A stretch of DNA of 58,936 nt from a bacterium. GTDB taxonomy: Bacteria > DRYD01. Below the pieces are notes generated by a model. It saw nothing but the letters and a program-made list of their open reading frames with translations. It did not search any database and was not told where the DNA came from. A program made the position numbers and the translations under genes. This document shows, piece by piece, positions 22,203 to 32,529 of the stretch. Location of the stretch: assembly GCA_039630415.1 (NCBI GenBank), contig JBCNVB010000004.1:1-58936 (forward strand), given 5' to 3'. Position 1 is the first letter of the stretch; every line of letters begins with the position of its first letter.

Positions 22203-23708
22203 TTGGTTCAACTATTTTTATTTGTCTTTTTAATGGTAGCATGTATTTTCAGTATATATTTAGTTTCTTGTGGAATGAAAACTTCAGGGGTTGTACTGGT
22301 TCCCGGTGTTGTTATATCTGGTCAACCACCTGTTTGGAGTATATCTACATTTAAGCAAACTTTATCTCCTGAACCACCTGAAATAGCTTTTGGATATCTT
22401 AACAATACTTTTGAACCATTTAAATTTGTTAACTTAAATATTACACAAAATTTTATTTCTTTTGAATATTCAACTGCTTTTGGTAACGCTATACAAAATA
22501 AAAAGGTTATAATATGGGGTTCAGGATGGAGATTTTGCAATACTAATGCTAATTTTAGGGACATATTCTGGGTAGGAAAGATTGTAGATATTTCTTCAAA
22601 CACAAGCATAATTACTTTTAGTTTTGCTGGTAATCAGTATAAAACGATAGGGGGAACTAATTTTGTAGCTAGATTTATAACACCAAGCTTTTATAGTAAT
22701 TTGGAGAGTTCTGCTAGTAATACTTTAGTATTTGCAAAGACAACTTCTGGAAACTATACGCAAGCTGATTTCAATAATCCCAATGAAGATTTTAGAAGTG
22801 TAGCATTTATTAATGATAACACTAATAATTCTCTTGGTGTAGTCGTAGGAAGAAATATAGTTTTCTATTCTAGAACTAACGAGAGTATAAATCTTACTAA
22901 TTGGCGGAATGGTCTTAATATTAACATAACCAATAGACCTTCAGATTTTATTGCTTTTGATACTGTTCCAGCAAGTATTAGTCAAACAGGCTTTTTAATC
23001 GTTGGTTCAAATATTTCAGAGACAAGTGGTTTGTTGACTTTTTTTACTACTAGTACAAATAATTGGTCTTCTAATTTTATTGATACATTTGCACAGATCA
23101 TAGGTGCAAATAATTACCCTCTGTATTCTTCAGACTTTATCTTTATAAATGTTGGTGCTGCTGTAGCTGTGGGAAGAAATATTATAATTTTCTGGAATGA
23201 TAGTAACCTTGATCAAAGGATTGATCCCAATGACGTTTTCATTTTTCATAGAGAAAATAATGTTAGTTTTTATGGTGGTTGTGTAATAAAGGATAATGCT
23301 AATAATAATACGATAATAGCAGTGGGTTATGATGATCAACTTCAGGAGGGAGTTATCTATAGAGGTCAAGGTACAGGTTCTAATTACTCTTTTAATCAAC
23401 CCCCACAAAAAGTTAATATAAGTTCACTGGGTTTAGATTTGAGAAATATTATTTTCTTTGATGTAGCTAGTATCCAGAATAATGTGTATGTAGTTGGTTG
23501 TGATTTTTCTAACTGTGATTTAAAGCCATATCCTCAATCTAATCCTAATTTACCTAAAGTAACGAAATCTTTCATCTTCAATGCTACTGCTTTTCCTGCT
23601 TTGACTGATAATCATATACTTGATACTTTTAGAGATGTAAGAGGATTGATAATTAGAAGTTCTGATGGAGGGCAAGTATTTACCCTTTTTGCTGATCAGA
23701 TAAGATAA
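22203..23708 (+). CDS. Putative lipoprotein, beta-rich surface protein
   Basis: Hydrophobic N-terminus with LVSC lipobox-like motif. Asn/Ser/Thr-rich, with VAVG-type propeller blades. Confidence 0.55.
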   Translation: MVQLFLFVFLMVACIFSIYLVSCGMKTSGVVLVPGVVISGQPPVWSISTFKQTLSPEPPEIAFGYLNNTFEPFKFVNLNITQNFISFEYSTAFGNAIQNKKVIIWGSGWRFCNTNANFRDIFWVGKIVDISSNTSIITFSFAGNQYKTIGGTNFVARFITPSFYSNLESSASNTLVFAKTTSGNYTQADFNNPNEDFRSVAFINDNTNNSLGVVVGRNIVFYSRTNESINLTNWRNGLNINITNRPSDFIAFDTVPASISQTGFLIVGSNISETSGLLTFFTTSTNNWSSNFIDTFAQIIGANNYPLYSSDFIFINVGAAVAVGRNIIIFWNDSNLDQRIDPNDVFIFHRENNVSFYGGCVIKDNANNNTIIAVGYDDQLQEGVIYRGQGTGSNYSFNQPPQKVNISSLGLDLRNIIFFDVASIQNNVYVVGCDFSNCDLKPYPQSNPNLPKVTKSFIFNATAFPALTDNHILDTFRDVRGLIIRSSDGGQVFTLFADQIR

Positions 23709-23713
23709 TTTTT

Positions 23714-24760
23714 ATGTTCAATCCGCTAAAAAGCAACAGAGAAAAAGCTAGATTTTTCTTGATGTTGAATGTGGCACTTAGGGCAGGGTTACCTTTGTAT
23801 AGAACTCTTAACATAATGAAAGACAGTTTACCGAATTATTGGAAAAACGTAATCCAAGTATTATCGGAAAATATAAGACGAGGATACTCTCTGTATCAAT
23901 CGATAGCTCCGTTTAAGGAAATTTTTGAACCGGTTACTTTAAAATTAATCGCGGTAGCTGAGAATACAGGAAAACTTGATAATATTTGTATCTATTTATT
24001 TGAATATTATCAAACGAAGGATAGGGTATTAACAAAAATAGTTTCCGCAGTGACTTATCCAATATTTATCGTTATTTTTTCGTTGATAATAAGCTATATG
24101 ATTCTAGTTTTTGTTTTTCCCGTAATTGTTAATATGTATGCTGAATTCGCAGCTAATTTACCTTTGGTTACTTTGGTTTTGAAAAAGCTTGTCGATACTC
24201 TTAGTTTGAAGAATATCTTAGTATTTGTATCTATCTTTGTTGTTGTTTTTTTTCTTATGTACTTATTAATAGGTAGAGAAAGAATATTTTACATAATTGA
24301 GGACATATTGCTTTTACTACCGATTATTTCAAAAGTGTATAGTAAATTTATAGTCAACAATTTTCTATATGCTTTTGTTTTATGTATAAAGAGTGGATTA
24401 AGTATGTCAGAGGCTATAAAACATTCTCTTAGTGTATTACCAGCCAATGTTCAAAGGAGACATTTTTACGATGTATACTCTAGAATTTCTGAAGGTCAAT
24501 CTCTATCGAGTATTCTCAAAAATAAACCCTATTTTAATAAAGTTATAATCAACTTTATAAGTAGTTACGAAGAAACAGGAAACATTGATATAGTTGATAA
24601 GCTCATTAATTATTTGACGTTTGATATCAACATGTTTTTGGATAGAGTTATAGTTTTAATAGAACCCTTATTGATTTCTTTTATATCGATATTCGTGTTT
24701 TTTATAGCAGTTGCTGTTCTTATACCTATGATGAGTATATCGTTTCAGTTAGTACAATAA
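23714..24760 (+). CDS. Type II secretion system F / PilC family protein (divergent paralogue)
   Basis: AGLPL, AENTGKL, SAVTYP, EETG, LIEP; two T2SSF domains. Confidence 0.88.
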   Translation: MFNPLKSNREKARFFLMLNVALRAGLPLYRTLNIMKDSLPNYWKNVIQVLSENIRRGYSLYQSIAPFKEIFEPVTLKLIAVAENTGKLDNICIYLFEYYQTKDRVLTKIVSAVTYPIFIVIFSLIISYMILVFVFPVIVNMYAEFAANLPLVTLVLKKLVDTLSLKNILVFVSIFVVVFFLMYLLIGRERIFYIIEDILLLLPIISKVYSKFIVNNFLYAFVLCIKSGLSMSEAIKHSLSVLPANVQRRHFYDVYSRISEGQSLSSILKNKPYFNKVIINFISSYEETGNIDIVDKLINYLTFDINMFLDRVIVLIEPLLISFISIFVFFIAVAVLIPMMSISFQLVQ

Positions 24761-24790
24761 GTACCATATGGTTGTTATAGTTAAACTTTT

Positions 24791-25936
24791 GTGATAGGAA
24801 TAGTTTTTTTTGCTATTGAATTAGGAAATAATTTAATGGGACCCAACGTTGTATTTTATAACATACTTAAGAGTTTAGCTACATATTCTGATCTATCTAC
24901 GAGGTTGAAGTATTTTTTTGTTTTCAATAAAGATTATAAGAAATCTGATTTATTTAATCTAATCAATTCAATCGGAGAAATTATATTTGTTAATGTTAAA
25001 AGCTATGTTACTTTGTTTAGTGATGTATATGTACTGAAAAAACAGATTATTAACAAATATAAACATATTAAGTTAAGGTTTTTATACCCTAAACCCATAC
25101 TATTACCTGTAAATGTTGAGCAATATGCCTTCTTGTATGATCTACCATTTGAATTACTTTATTTTGGTAAGACAATAAAATATATAAAGCAACAGTTATT
25201 GTTTAAAAGAATTATTTGGAATAGGTTAAAGAAAATCTTTACTATATCTCATTCCTCTTTTAATGATATTAAAAGTTTATTAGGTTTGAAGAACGTTGAT
25301 TGGATACATTTAGGAGTAGATCAGGAGATATTTAGAATTTTACCTGAGAAAGACTACAAACCTTATGTGGATTCAATTTTCAGGAGTAGGGGTATAGACG
25401 TTTATGATGGATACTTTTTCTATCCTCTTGGTAAAATATGGAGAAGAAAAAATCTAGAAAACTTAATTTATGCTTTTAGAATATTGCATCAAACTTTAGA
25501 TCAAAAAATTTACTTAGTAATTACTGCGAATAACCTTGATAGTCAAGATTCATATGTTAGAAAGGTATTATCTATTCCTTGCCAGGAAGTTATTTGGATC
25601 AAAACTTTAAGTACGGATGATTTGGTAAAACTATATAATGGTTCTTTAGCTGTTGTATATCCTTCTTTTTATGAGGGTTTTGGGTTGCCTATTATTGAAT
25701 CACTTAGTTGTGGGAAAAACATCTTATGTTCTAACATAAATGTTTTCAAAGAAATATATCCCGATAATGAATTCTTGTTTGAACCTAACAATGTAGAGGA
25801 TATTTACAAATGTATGTTGAACTTCTATTATAAGAAGGATAAACTAGTTACTAATAGAATTCTACTCAGAGAAAAAGCAACAAGGTTTAGCTGGAAAAAT
25901 ACAGTAGACAATCTAATAACTAAAATGGGAGAGTAA
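24791..25936 (+). CDS. Glycosyltransferase family 4 (GT-B)
   Basis: RKNLENLI, YPSFYEGFGLPIIESLSCG, FSW near the C-terminus. Confidence 0.92.
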   Translation: MIGIVFFAIELGNNLMGPNVVFYNILKSLATYSDLSTRLKYFFVFNKDYKKSDLFNLINSIGEIIFVNVKSYVTLFSDVYVLKKQIINKYKHIKLRFLYPKPILLPVNVEQYAFLYDLPFELLYFGKTIKYIKQQLLFKRIIWNRLKKIFTISHSSFNDIKSLLGLKNVDWIHLGVDQEIFRILPEKDYKPYVDSIFRSRGIDVYDGYFFYPLGKIWRRKNLENLIYAFRILHQTLDQKIYLVITANNLDSQDSYVRKVLSIPCQEVIWIKTLSTDDLVKLYNGSLAVVYPSFYEGFGLPIIESLSCGKNILCSNINVFKEIYPDNEFLFEPNNVEDIYKCMLNFYYKKDKLVTNRILLREKATRFSWKNTVDNLITKMGE

Positions 25937-25940
25937 AACT

Positions 25941-26369
25941 ATGGATAAAAAGACGAAAGAGTTTGTAAACCAAGAACAAAAGTGGTACCTGATAGATGCA
26001 ACTAACAAGCCTCTTGGTAGATTAGCAAGTAGAATAGCATACATACTTATTGGTAAGCATAAAGTTACCTATAGTCCATCATATGCGGGTGGAGATCATA
26101 TTGTTGTAATAAACTGTTCAAAAATAAAACTGACGGGTAAAAAAATGTTACAATCTAAGTATTACCGTCACTCTGGACATCTAGGTAACTTAAGAGAATA
26201 TACTGCTGAATACATGTTAAAAAATAAACCTGAACAACTATTGAGATTAGCTGTATCTAAAATGTTACCCAAAAATAAACAAAGAAAAATAATGCTCAAA
26301 AGGTTGAAAATATATAGATATGAATCTCACAAACACGCTGCACAAAACCCTCAAAAACTGGAGGTGTAA
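25941..26369 (+). CDS. rplM: 50S ribosomal protein L13
   Basis: WYLIDA...LGRLAS, GKHK, YYRHSG, MLPKN. Confidence 0.98.
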   Translation: MDKKTKEFVNQEQKWYLIDATNKPLGRLASRIAYILIGKHKVTYSPSYAGGDHIVVINCSKIKLTGKKMLQSKYYRHSGHLGNLREYTAEYMLKNKPEQLLRLAVSKMLPKNKQRKIMLKRLKIYRYESHKHAAQNPQKLEV

Positions 26370-26371
26370 AG

Positions 26372-26755
26372 ATGTACTACGCAACAGGTAGAAGAAAAGA
26401 AAGTACTGCTAGAGTATATCTCAAACCAGGAAAAGGAGAAATACTTATAAATGGTAAACCTCTTGATCAATACTTTAGAATGAGAGAAATTTATCAAATA
26501 AAAGTAAGAAAGCCACTTGAAGTCTTAGGTTTACTTAACAAATATAGAGCGGATTGTTATGTAAAGGGAGGAGGAACTACTGGTCAAGCTGAATCAATTA
26601 GCCTGGGTATAGCAAGATGTTTAGCACAAATCTCTGAAGAATACAAAAAAATACTCAGAAAATTTGATCTATTAACAAGAGATCCAAGAGAAGTTGAAAG
26701 AAAGCACTACAATAGGCATAAGGCAAGAAAGGCTCATCAATGGCATAAGAGGTAA
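26372..26755 (+). CDS. rpsI: 30S ribosomal protein S9
   Basis: ATGRRKESTARV, GGGTTGQA, LTRDPREVERK. Confidence 0.98.
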   Translation: MYYATGRRKESTARVYLKPGKGEILINGKPLDQYFRMREIYQIKVRKPLEVLGLLNKYRADCYVKGGGTTGQAESISLGIARCLAQISEEYKKILRKFDLLTRDPREVERKHYNRHKARKAHQWHKR

Positions 26756-26759
26756 AACT

Positions 26760-27500
26760 ATGAAAAACAAACCAAATATATTCTTTCTCCTAACAATTGG
26801 ATGCATACTCCTTCTTATACTACTAAAAATATTTGCTAACCAACAGTATACTATGAAAAACACTTCAACACAAAATTTAAAGTCAATCAAATTATACTCA
26901 TCCGTAACCCATGCTACTCAAACATCACAAGTCCAAAATTTTATCAAAGTATGGCAGTTTCTATATAGCTTCAGGGATAATAAAACCTTAGCATACGAGC
27001 TAAAAAGAAAATTGGAAAAGCAAGATATAATGAAAATTATCACAGATTACCAGACACTATCTAATATTTTTAAGTCTCTGAACTATGATGAAAACCAAAA
27101 AAAGATGATAAATGAGATGTTCAAAAACGAAAAAGAATTTGTCGATTCAATAACTCAATTCTACTTGTATCTGATAATTTCTCAATTTAATGAGTCAAAA
27201 ATAAATGATCTAAAAAAACAAAAAGAATATATAAAAAGTAAGATCTATAGAATAGATCCCGGTCTCATAGAAAGAATCAAACAAAAAAACGACCCTGAAC
27301 TAAATAAAATACTTTCCGAAATAGACAAGCAACTTTATCAACCCAACCTTTCTGAAAGAAAAATAAAAGTTCTATTGGCAGAAATGGAAAAAATTGAAAC
27401 TATAATAAACGCTTACGAGCAGAGAAAAGATGATGAAATGTTTAAATGGATGATAGAGAACAGAGAAAAAGTGCTGAAGAGTTTAATTGTTAGAAGGTAA
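26760..27500 (+). CDS. Hypothetical membrane-anchored helical protein
   Basis: In-frame ATG just after the rpsI stop, N-terminal TM helix, charged helical body. Confidence 0.65.
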   Translation: MKNKPNIFFLLTIGCILLLILLKIFANQQYTMKNTSTQNLKSIKLYSSVTHATQTSQVQNFIKVWQFLYSFRDNKTLAYELKRKLEKQDIMKIITDYQTLSNIFKSLNYDENQKKMINEMFKNEKEFVDSITQFYLYLIISQFNESKINDLKKQKEYIKSKIYRIDPGLIERIKQKNDPELNKILSEIDKQLYQPNLSERKIKVLLAEMEKIETIINAYEQRKDDEMFKWMIENREKVLKSLIVRR

Positions 27501-27524
27501 ATATGGTAGGAGTGTGAGGTAAAT

Positions 27525-28745
27525 ATGCCAACTTATGTGTATAAGGTAAAAACCCCTGAAGGTAAAGAGAAACAGGGTGAGATAGTAGCAAAAAATGAAA
27601 AAGAAGCTAGAACACAGTTGATACGTCAAAAATTTCAAATAATCTATGTCCAACAAAAACCAGAAGTTACACCTATAGCAAAGATAGCAAATATCTTTAA
27701 ACCCAAAGTTAGTCAGCAGGCTATAACCATATTTTCAAGACAATTTGCTACGATGATAAATGCAGGATTATCCTTGGTAAGAGCTCTTGATATATTAGCT
27801 GAACAAACTGAAGATAAATTACTCAAAGCTGCTATTAGTGATATAAAAAAGGAGGTAGAAGCGGGTAAGGCTCTTTCATCTGCTCTCGCTAAGCATAAGG
27901 GTGTTTTTAATGACCTCTATATTAGTATGGTCAGAGCTGGTGAGATAGGAGGTATGTTAGACGAAGTTCTTGAAAGATTGGCGAACTTCATGGAAAAAGA
28001 TTTTCAACTCAAGAAGAAAGTCCAATCTGCTATGACTTACCCAATTATAATACTTTTCCTGGCAATAGGTATAGTCATATTTCTAGTAACCTACATACTT
28101 CCAACCTTCGTGAACCTATTCAAAGAAATGGAAGTTCAACTACCACTAATGACTCAAATATTAATAGTTGTTGTAGAAGCATTAAGAAGACCGGAAATAG
28201 TATTTACTGTTATTATTGCTCTTATAGTGAGTATTTTTGGTTTAAATTTATACTATCAAAATCCAACTGGAAGGAAGCAAATAGATTTGATAAAACTAAA
28301 CATACCTGTTTTTGGGCTTTTGAGTAAGAAAGTTGCAATAAGTAGATTTGCAAGAACGCTTGGTACATTGCTTTCGTCAGGTGTATCTTTAATGGCTTCT
28401 TTGGAAATAGTTTCCCAAGTTGCTGGTAATGCGGTTATATCTAGTGCTATAGACAATGTAAGGTCAAAGTTAAGAGAAGGTGAAAATTTGTCAACTCCTC
28501 TTACAGAAACAGGTATTTTCCCTCCTATGGTAACACAAATGATAGCTGTAGGAGAGGAAACGGGTAACCTTGATACCATGCTTAATAAGATAGCGGATTT
28601 TTATGATACTGAAGTTGAGTATACTTTATCATCACTTACCTCGCTTATAGAGCCTATAATGATAGTAGGTATGGGTGGAATAGTAGGTTTTATAGTTCTT
28701 TCAGTTTTCTTACCACTTTATCAGTTGATTACTGCAAGTTTTTAG
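27525..28745 (+). CDS. pilC: Type IV pilus platform protein PilC
   Basis: MPTYVYK..., FSRQFATMINAGL, RAGEIGG, SAMTYP, VGEETGNLD. Confidence 0.93.
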   Translation: MPTYVYKVKTPEGKEKQGEIVAKNEKEARTQLIRQKFQIIYVQQKPEVTPIAKIANIFKPKVSQQAITIFSRQFATMINAGLSLVRALDILAEQTEDKLLKAAISDIKKEVEAGKALSSALAKHKGVFNDLYISMVRAGEIGGMLDEVLERLANFMEKDFQLKKKVQSAMTYPIIILFLAIGIVIFLVTYILPTFVNLFKEMEVQLPLMTQILIVVVEALRRPEIVFTVIIALIVSIFGLNLYYQNPTGRKQIDLIKLNIPVFGLLSKKVAISRFARTLGTLLSSGVSLMASLEIVSQVAGNAVISSAIDNVRSKLREGENLSTPLTETGIFPPMVTQMIAVGEETGNLDTMLNKIADFYDTEVEYTLSSLTSLIEPIMIVGMGGIVGFIVLSVFLPLYQLITASF

Positions 28746-28753
28746 GGAAGTAT

Positions 28754-28825
28754 GCCCACGTAGCTCAGTGGAAGAGCGCATCCTTGGTAAGGATGAGGTC
28801 ACCGGTTCGATCCCGGTCGTGGGCT
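28754..28825 (+). tRNA. tRNA-Thr(GGT), CCA not encoded
   Basis: Acceptor stem GCCCACG/CGTGGGC, D arm, anticodon arm CATCC-TTGGTAA-GGATG, T arm ACCGG-TTCGATC-CCGGT. Confidence 0.97.
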
Positions 28826-28834
28826 ATATAAAAA

Positions 28835-30511
28835 TTGCTATTTATACTTGAATCCCCTTCAAAAGCAAAAACTATCTCCTCTATCCTCAAAAAAATGAAT
28901 ATCAAAAACTTTAAAATAGTTGCTACCATGGGGCATATAAAGGATCTCCCTAAAAATAACTTTGGATTATCTGTACAAAATGGACAAATAAAAGCAACAT
29001 TTACTTTTCTACCAAAAAAAAGAAGAATTATAGAAAGTATAAGTAAAATGCTTAACAACTACAAAAATGTAATTTTAGCTACTGATCCAGACAGAGAAGG
29101 TGAAGCTATATCTTTTCATTTGTATGATGAGCTATCAAAATATAATCGTGTTGTAAATTTCAAAAGGGCTTACATATATGAGATAACTGATTTTGGTATC
29201 AAAAAAGCTTTGGAAAATTTGGGAAGTATCAATTATTCTATGGTTGAGAGTCAAATTGCTAGAAGAGTTATTGATAGAATTATAGGTTACAAAATAAGTC
29301 CTATTTTGTGGAAAAAGTTTACAATTAAAGGACTAAGTGCTGGAAGGGTACAAACAGCTACACTTAAGCTAATTTACGATAGAGAAAAACAAATAGAAAA
29401 CTTTAAACCTCAAAAATACTACACGATTAGGTTCAAAATTTTAGCAAATAAACAAATCTTACAAGCTTATCTATTTAAAGATAAGCAAATTCTAACTGTG
29501 CAAACTATAGATGAACTGGATCAAATTAAAAATAGTATAGAAAAGCTAAAAAATAAGACTTTTTTAGTAAAACCTATGGTTTACAGTAAGGAGATTATAC
29601 CTCCTGATCCTCTTAAAACCTCTACTTTGCAACAGGAAGCGGCCAAAGTGGGTATAAATAATTCACAAACTATGAAGATAACTCAAAAGCTATATGAAGG
29701 TGTTTACATTCAAGGCAAGAAAGTTGGACTGATAACCTATCATAGAACGGATAGTATAAGACTTAGTGATCATGCTATTTCTATTGCTAAGAAAATTTTG
29801 CCTGAAGTAGTTGTTTACAATCGGAAAAATAAATCTTCTTTCGATGCTCATGAGGCTATAAGAATAACATCTACTTATGATTTACAAACTTTGCAAAGAT
29901 ACTTGTCCCCGCTTGAGTTCAAGGTTTATGGGATTATATATAGAAGGTTTTTAGCATCTTTGTCTCCTAGTTGTAAGTATCTTTATCAAGAAGTGAATAT
30001 TAGTGTAGGTCAGGGCATGTATATTTTGTATGAGAGTGCAAAGGTTATTGAAAAAGGTTTCTTAAATATTTTGCCAGACTATCTTGATAGAATGAATATT
30101 TTTAGAAACCCATTTATAGAATCTGATAAGGTGGAGATTAAGATTTTGGATTATTCGGTAGAGGAGCATTATACTAAACCTCCTTCAAGGTATACATTAT
30201 CCAGTATAATAAAGAAAATGGAGGAGGTAGGTATTGGAAGACCATCTACGTATTCTTCAACAATAGAAACTCTCAAAAATAGGAAATACATAGAAATTAA
30301 AAAGGGATCCATACACATTACTGAACTAGGAAAAAAGGTTGTAGAGTTTTTATTTGGACTTTATTCATCTTTCTTAAGTGTTGAATTTACCTCGTACTTA
30401 GAGCAAAAGTTAGATGATATTGAAAACTCAGACTACCAGCAGGCTAGGAAAATCGCTAATCAAGAAATGCTTAGAGTTTACAATATATTGAAAAGTAATT
30501 CTGGTGTATGA
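28835..30511 (+). CDS. topA: DNA topoisomerase I (type IA), short form without C-terminal Zn ribbons
   Basis: ESPSKAKTI, ATDPDREGEAI, SAGRVQ, ITYHRTDS, AHEAIR, GIGRPSTY. Confidence 0.95.
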   Translation: MLFILESPSKAKTISSILKKMNIKNFKIVATMGHIKDLPKNNFGLSVQNGQIKATFTFLPKKRRIIESISKMLNNYKNVILATDPDREGEAISFHLYDELSKYNRVVNFKRAYIYEITDFGIKKALENLGSINYSMVESQIARRVIDRIIGYKISPILWKKFTIKGLSAGRVQTATLKLIYDREKQIENFKPQKYYTIRFKILANKQILQAYLFKDKQILTVQTIDELDQIKNSIEKLKNKTFLVKPMVYSKEIIPPDPLKTSTLQQEAAKVGINNSQTMKITQKLYEGVYIQGKKVGLITYHRTDSIRLSDHAISIAKKILPEVVVYNRKNKSSFDAHEAIRITSTYDLQTLQRYLSPLEFKVYGIIYRRFLASLSPSCKYLYQEVNISVGQGMYILYESAKVIEKGFLNILPDYLDRMNIFRNPFIESDKVEIKILDYSVEEHYTKPPSRYTLSSIIKKMEEVGIGRPSTYSSTIETLKNRKYIEIKKGSIHITELGKKVVEFLFGLYSSFLSVEFTSYLEQKLDDIENSDYQQARKIANQEMLRVYNILKSNSGV

Positions 30512-31595
30512 ATCTATGTATATACTATTCCTTTCTAACGGTTATGGAGAGGATACGATAGCTTATTACATTATCAATAGTTTCCCTAGTAGCTTCAAAA
30601 ATAGAATATTGACTTTCCCTTTGGTTACTGAAGGTAAGATTTTTGAAGATAATGGTATTAAAAGAGTAGGTCCAATTAAAGTTTTTCCTAGTAGGGGTAT
30701 TAGTGGAATTTTCAATCTTAAGAATATGTTGCTAGATATCAAAAGTGGGTTAATTAAGCACATACTTAAGCAAATAAAATTTCTCAATAGTCTAGATGAA
30801 AATTATTATTTTGTAGCTGTTGGTGATATTTACCCTTTGAGTTTACTATATTTGTCTAACAAAATAGATAAAACCTTTTTTGTTGCTACTGCTAAATCTA
30901 TTAGAACTGAAAATTTTAATTTTTTCGAGATTTTTCTGATGAACAAAACTATTGCGAATTTTGTAAGGGATCAAGAAACTTATCAAAAGTTTGAAAAAAG
31001 AATAAAGAACCTATTTTTCGTTGGTAATCCTGTATTAGATATTCCCTATTATGAACCTCCTGAGGAGATCAGAAGTGCACTAAATAAAAGTAATTCTATC
31101 TTAATCTTTCCTGGTAGAGAGGACCAAGCTTTAAATAACTTAAAATTATTATTACCTTCAATAGAGGTTGGAGTGCAAAAAGGTTTTTTATTCTTTATCG
31201 TCGTGCCAAATTTTTATCCGATTGATCAGATAAGTGCTATAGTAGGTTATAAAGATGCTATTTTTGTAGTTGATTCAAGATATCTAGCGTACCTATTAAA
31301 GGAATGTTTTGTAGTTTGGGGATTTGGAGGTAGTGTTAATGAACAGGCTGCTGGCTTTGGAATACCAGTTATCTCCCTTGATCAAAAAAATTGGTATAGA
31401 AGGAGACAAAGAAAGCTTCTTGGCAACTCCCTTATTCTGGTTTCTAATTCATATCAGTTTATACAAAAAACTTTGGAGCTAAAACAAAACAAACAACTCT
31501 ACTTACAATTGAGTAATGAAGGTAGGGTAAGAATGGGTAAACAAGGAGGAGCACTTTCTATTGTTAATCTTATCCTTGAAAAAATTAATGTTTGA
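30504..31595 (+). CDS. Lipid-A-disaccharide synthase-related GT-B protein
   Basis: SNGYGED, AVGD, TAKS, GNP, EQAAGFGIP, GRVRMG..G. Confidence 0.75.
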   Translation: MYESMYILFLSNGYGEDTIAYYIINSFPSSFKNRILTFPLVTEGKIFEDNGIKRVGPIKVFPSRGISGIFNLKNMLLDIKSGLIKHILKQIKFLNSLDENYYFVAVGDIYPLSLLYLSNKIDKTFFVATAKSIRTENFNFFEIFLMNKTIANFVRDQETYQKFEKRIKNLFFVGNPVLDIPYYEPPEEIRSALNKSNSILIFPGREDQALNNLKLLLPSIEVGVQKGFLFFIVVPNFYPIDQISAIVGYKDAIFVVDSRYLAYLLKECFVVWGFGGSVNEQAAGFGIPVISLDQKNWYRRRQRKLLGNSLILVSNSYQFIQKTLELKQNKQLYLQLSNEGRVRMGKQGGALSIVNLILEKINV

Positions 31596-31685
31596 AAAAA
31601 CTATCAATTTTTCTTGGTTATTTAGATTTCTCAATAAAGGATAGTTCTTAATTATTGTATAAATTACAATTGAGGGTGAAATGTA

Positions 31686-32255
31686 ATGATAGAGATTAAA
31701 TTTTTGGGAAGAGGGGGACAAGGTGCTGTTACTGCTGCTAATTTACTAGTTCAGGCTGCCTTTATTGAAGGAAAATATGGATTGGCTTATCCTTCGTTTG
31801 GTGCTGAAAGAAGAGGTGCTATTCTTAATGCATATGCAAGGATAGATGATAAACCTGTTAATGTACATCAGCAAATCTATCAACCTGACATTGTCGTTGT
31901 TCTCGACAAAAAAATACTCCAGATGACAAATATCATAGAAGGACTAAAAAAAGGAGGATTTGTCATAATAAATACGGATAAAATCCCTGAGGGTTTACAT
32001 TTTGATGGCAATTTATTTATAGTTGACGCAACTAGAATATGTCTCGATTTGAATCTAATTATCTCAGGATGGCCAGTTGTAAATACTTCTATCCTCGGAG
32101 CTCTTTCTAAAGCAACCTCTATCGTAAAAATACAAACTATAATAGACGTAATACAAGAAACTTGGAAAGGAGAAATAGGTAAGAAAAATGCAGAAGCTTG
32201 CATGAGAGCTTATGAAGAAACTTATCAGGTTGTAATGAAACAATTAGTTGGATAA
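31686..32255 (+). CDS. porC: Pyruvate/2-oxoacid:ferredoxin oxidoreductase gamma subunit
   Basis: GRGGQGAVTA, FGAERRGA, NTSILGA. Confidence 0.92.
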   Translation: MIEIKFLGRGGQGAVTAANLLVQAAFIEGKYGLAYPSFGAERRGAILNAYARIDDKPVNVHQQIYQPDIVVVLDKKILQMTNIIEGLKKGGFVIINTDKIPEGLHFDGNLFIVDATRICLDLNLIISGWPVVNTSILGALSKATSIVKIQTIIDVIQETWKGEIGKKNAEACMRAYEETYQVVMKQLVG

Positions 32256-32268
32256 AAAGGAGGAGAAC

Positions 32269-32520
32269 ATGAAAGTACTTATACCTAAATCAAAAGCTAA
32301 CAAGGGTGCGGTTGGTAAAACAGGACTGTGGAGAACTTCTAAACCTGTAGTTAACCATGATAAGTGTATAAAATGTGTCATATGTTGGTCTTTTTGTCCG
32401 GAAAATACAATATTTAGGTTTGAGGATAATTCTGTTGGAATAGATTATGAATATTGTAAAGGTTGTGGGGTATGTGCTAATGAATGCCCTGTTAATGCAA
32501 TAGAGATGGTGGAAGATTAG
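32269..32520 (+). CDS. porD: Oxidoreductase delta subunit (2x[4Fe-4S])
   Basis: TGLWR..KP, CxxCxxC...CP, CKGCGVCANECP. ATG follows AGGAGG. Confidence 0.93.
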   Translation: MKVLIPKSKANKGAVGKTGLWRTSKPVVNHDKCIKCVICWSFCPENTIFRFEDNSVGIDYEYCKGCGVCANECPVNAIEMVED

Positions 32521-32529
32521 GAGGTTGGT

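Noticed and set aside
28754-28825. tRNA-Thr as an integration site
   Set aside because: No integrase and no duplicated tRNA 3' end noticed.
28765-29058. 97-aa minus-strand ORF
   Set aside because: Antisense to tRNA-Thr and topA; shadow ORF.
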